A DNA stretch of 62,350 nucleotides, the filler included, from Dehalococcoidia bacterium (GTDB lineage: Bacteria > Chloroflexota > Dehalococcoidia > DSTF01 > RBG-16-68-14), in the NCBI GenBank assembly GCA_040882355.1. It is 8 parts of 8 records of this genome, joined end to end, with 100 filler letters (N's around TTAATTAATTAA, not from the genome) between each part and the next. Parts side by side here need not be neighbours in the genome. Positions count along the whole stretch, not along the records: positions 55,308 to 62,350 come from JBBEBM010000012.1; 7 more parts are not named here. One strand, given 5' to 3'. How positions within the stretch are numbered: position 1 is the first letter of the stretch; each line of letters opens with the position of its first letter. Below the pieces are notes generated by a model. That model did not search any database, was not told where the DNA came from, and was given only the letters and a program-made list of their open reading frames with translations. Positions 62,097 to 62,350 of this stretch are shown here, piece after piece. Both the position numbers and the translations under genes were made by a program.

Positions 62097-62350
62097 ATGA
62101 CCACCGACGGCAACATCGGCAACGTGCGCAACATCACGATCGAGAAGGAGATGCGCGACTCCTATCTCGACTACGCAATGAGCGTCATCGTCTCGCGCGC
62201 CCTGCCTGACGTGCGCGACGGCCTCAAGCCCGTCCAGCGGCGCATCCTCTACGCCATGCACCAGGAGGGGCTGCGCGCCACCTCCCGCTACAAGAAGAGC
62301 GCCGGTATCGTCGGCGAGGTGCTCAAGAGCTACCACCCGCACGGCGACGC
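62097..62350 (+). CDS. gyrA: DNA gyrase subunit A, 3'-truncated (absent from the ORF track)
   Basis: [47 protein letters not shown]...YHPHGDA. Confidence 0.93.
   Translation, partial: MTTDGNIGNVRNITIEKEMRDSYLDYAMSVIVSRALPDVRDGLKPVQRRILYAMHQEGLRATSRYKKSAGIVGEVLKSYHPHGD

Noticed and set aside
62070..62342. Minus-strand 90-aa ORF in the track
   Set aside because: Antisense shadow of gyrA on the plus strand

Overview
This window is not one locus. It is eight short, high-GC contigs joined by artificial 100-nt linkers (N-run, TTAATTAATTAA, N-run) at 9119, 17839, 23276, 31593, 39872, 47969 and 55208, so adjacency across linkers means nothing. Gene content suggests a Chloroflexota (probably Dehalococcoidia) MAG; this is an inference. 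Contents: a Tad/Flp pilus cluster next to a large PT-rich NHL surface protein; secA-NUDIX-valS-ACAD-TIR-tam; an SPFH protein, tRNA-Gly(CCC) and a ~2-kb integrase-less island (ArsR-ArsC, VOC, adenylate cyclase) closed by a 21/23-nt copy of the tRNA 3' end; an S8/S53-like protease, prfA, prmC, guaB3-like gene and rsmI; a DUF3800-like gene followed at once by a 76-nt multibranch RNA-like structure; an OB-fold/thiolase/MaoC/SDR acyl-CoA cluster with a shared palindromic operator; a folE-GNAT-MshA-like-PIG-L-ccsA run; tRNA-Ala(GGC), menA, folC, fabF and galE; an orphan Rhs-CT with a candidate immunity gene; and the 5' end of gyrA. Several REP/MITE-like repeat families are scattered throughout, two of them in frame inside valS and prmC. 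The best candidates for an undescribed system are the DUF3800-like gene with its structured RNA, the C-terminal domain shared by two unrelated surface proteins, the tRNA-Gly mini-island linking ArsR-ArsC to a cyclase, and the MshA-like/PIG-L/Fem-like GNAT cluster. All calls were made by eye; no database search was run.
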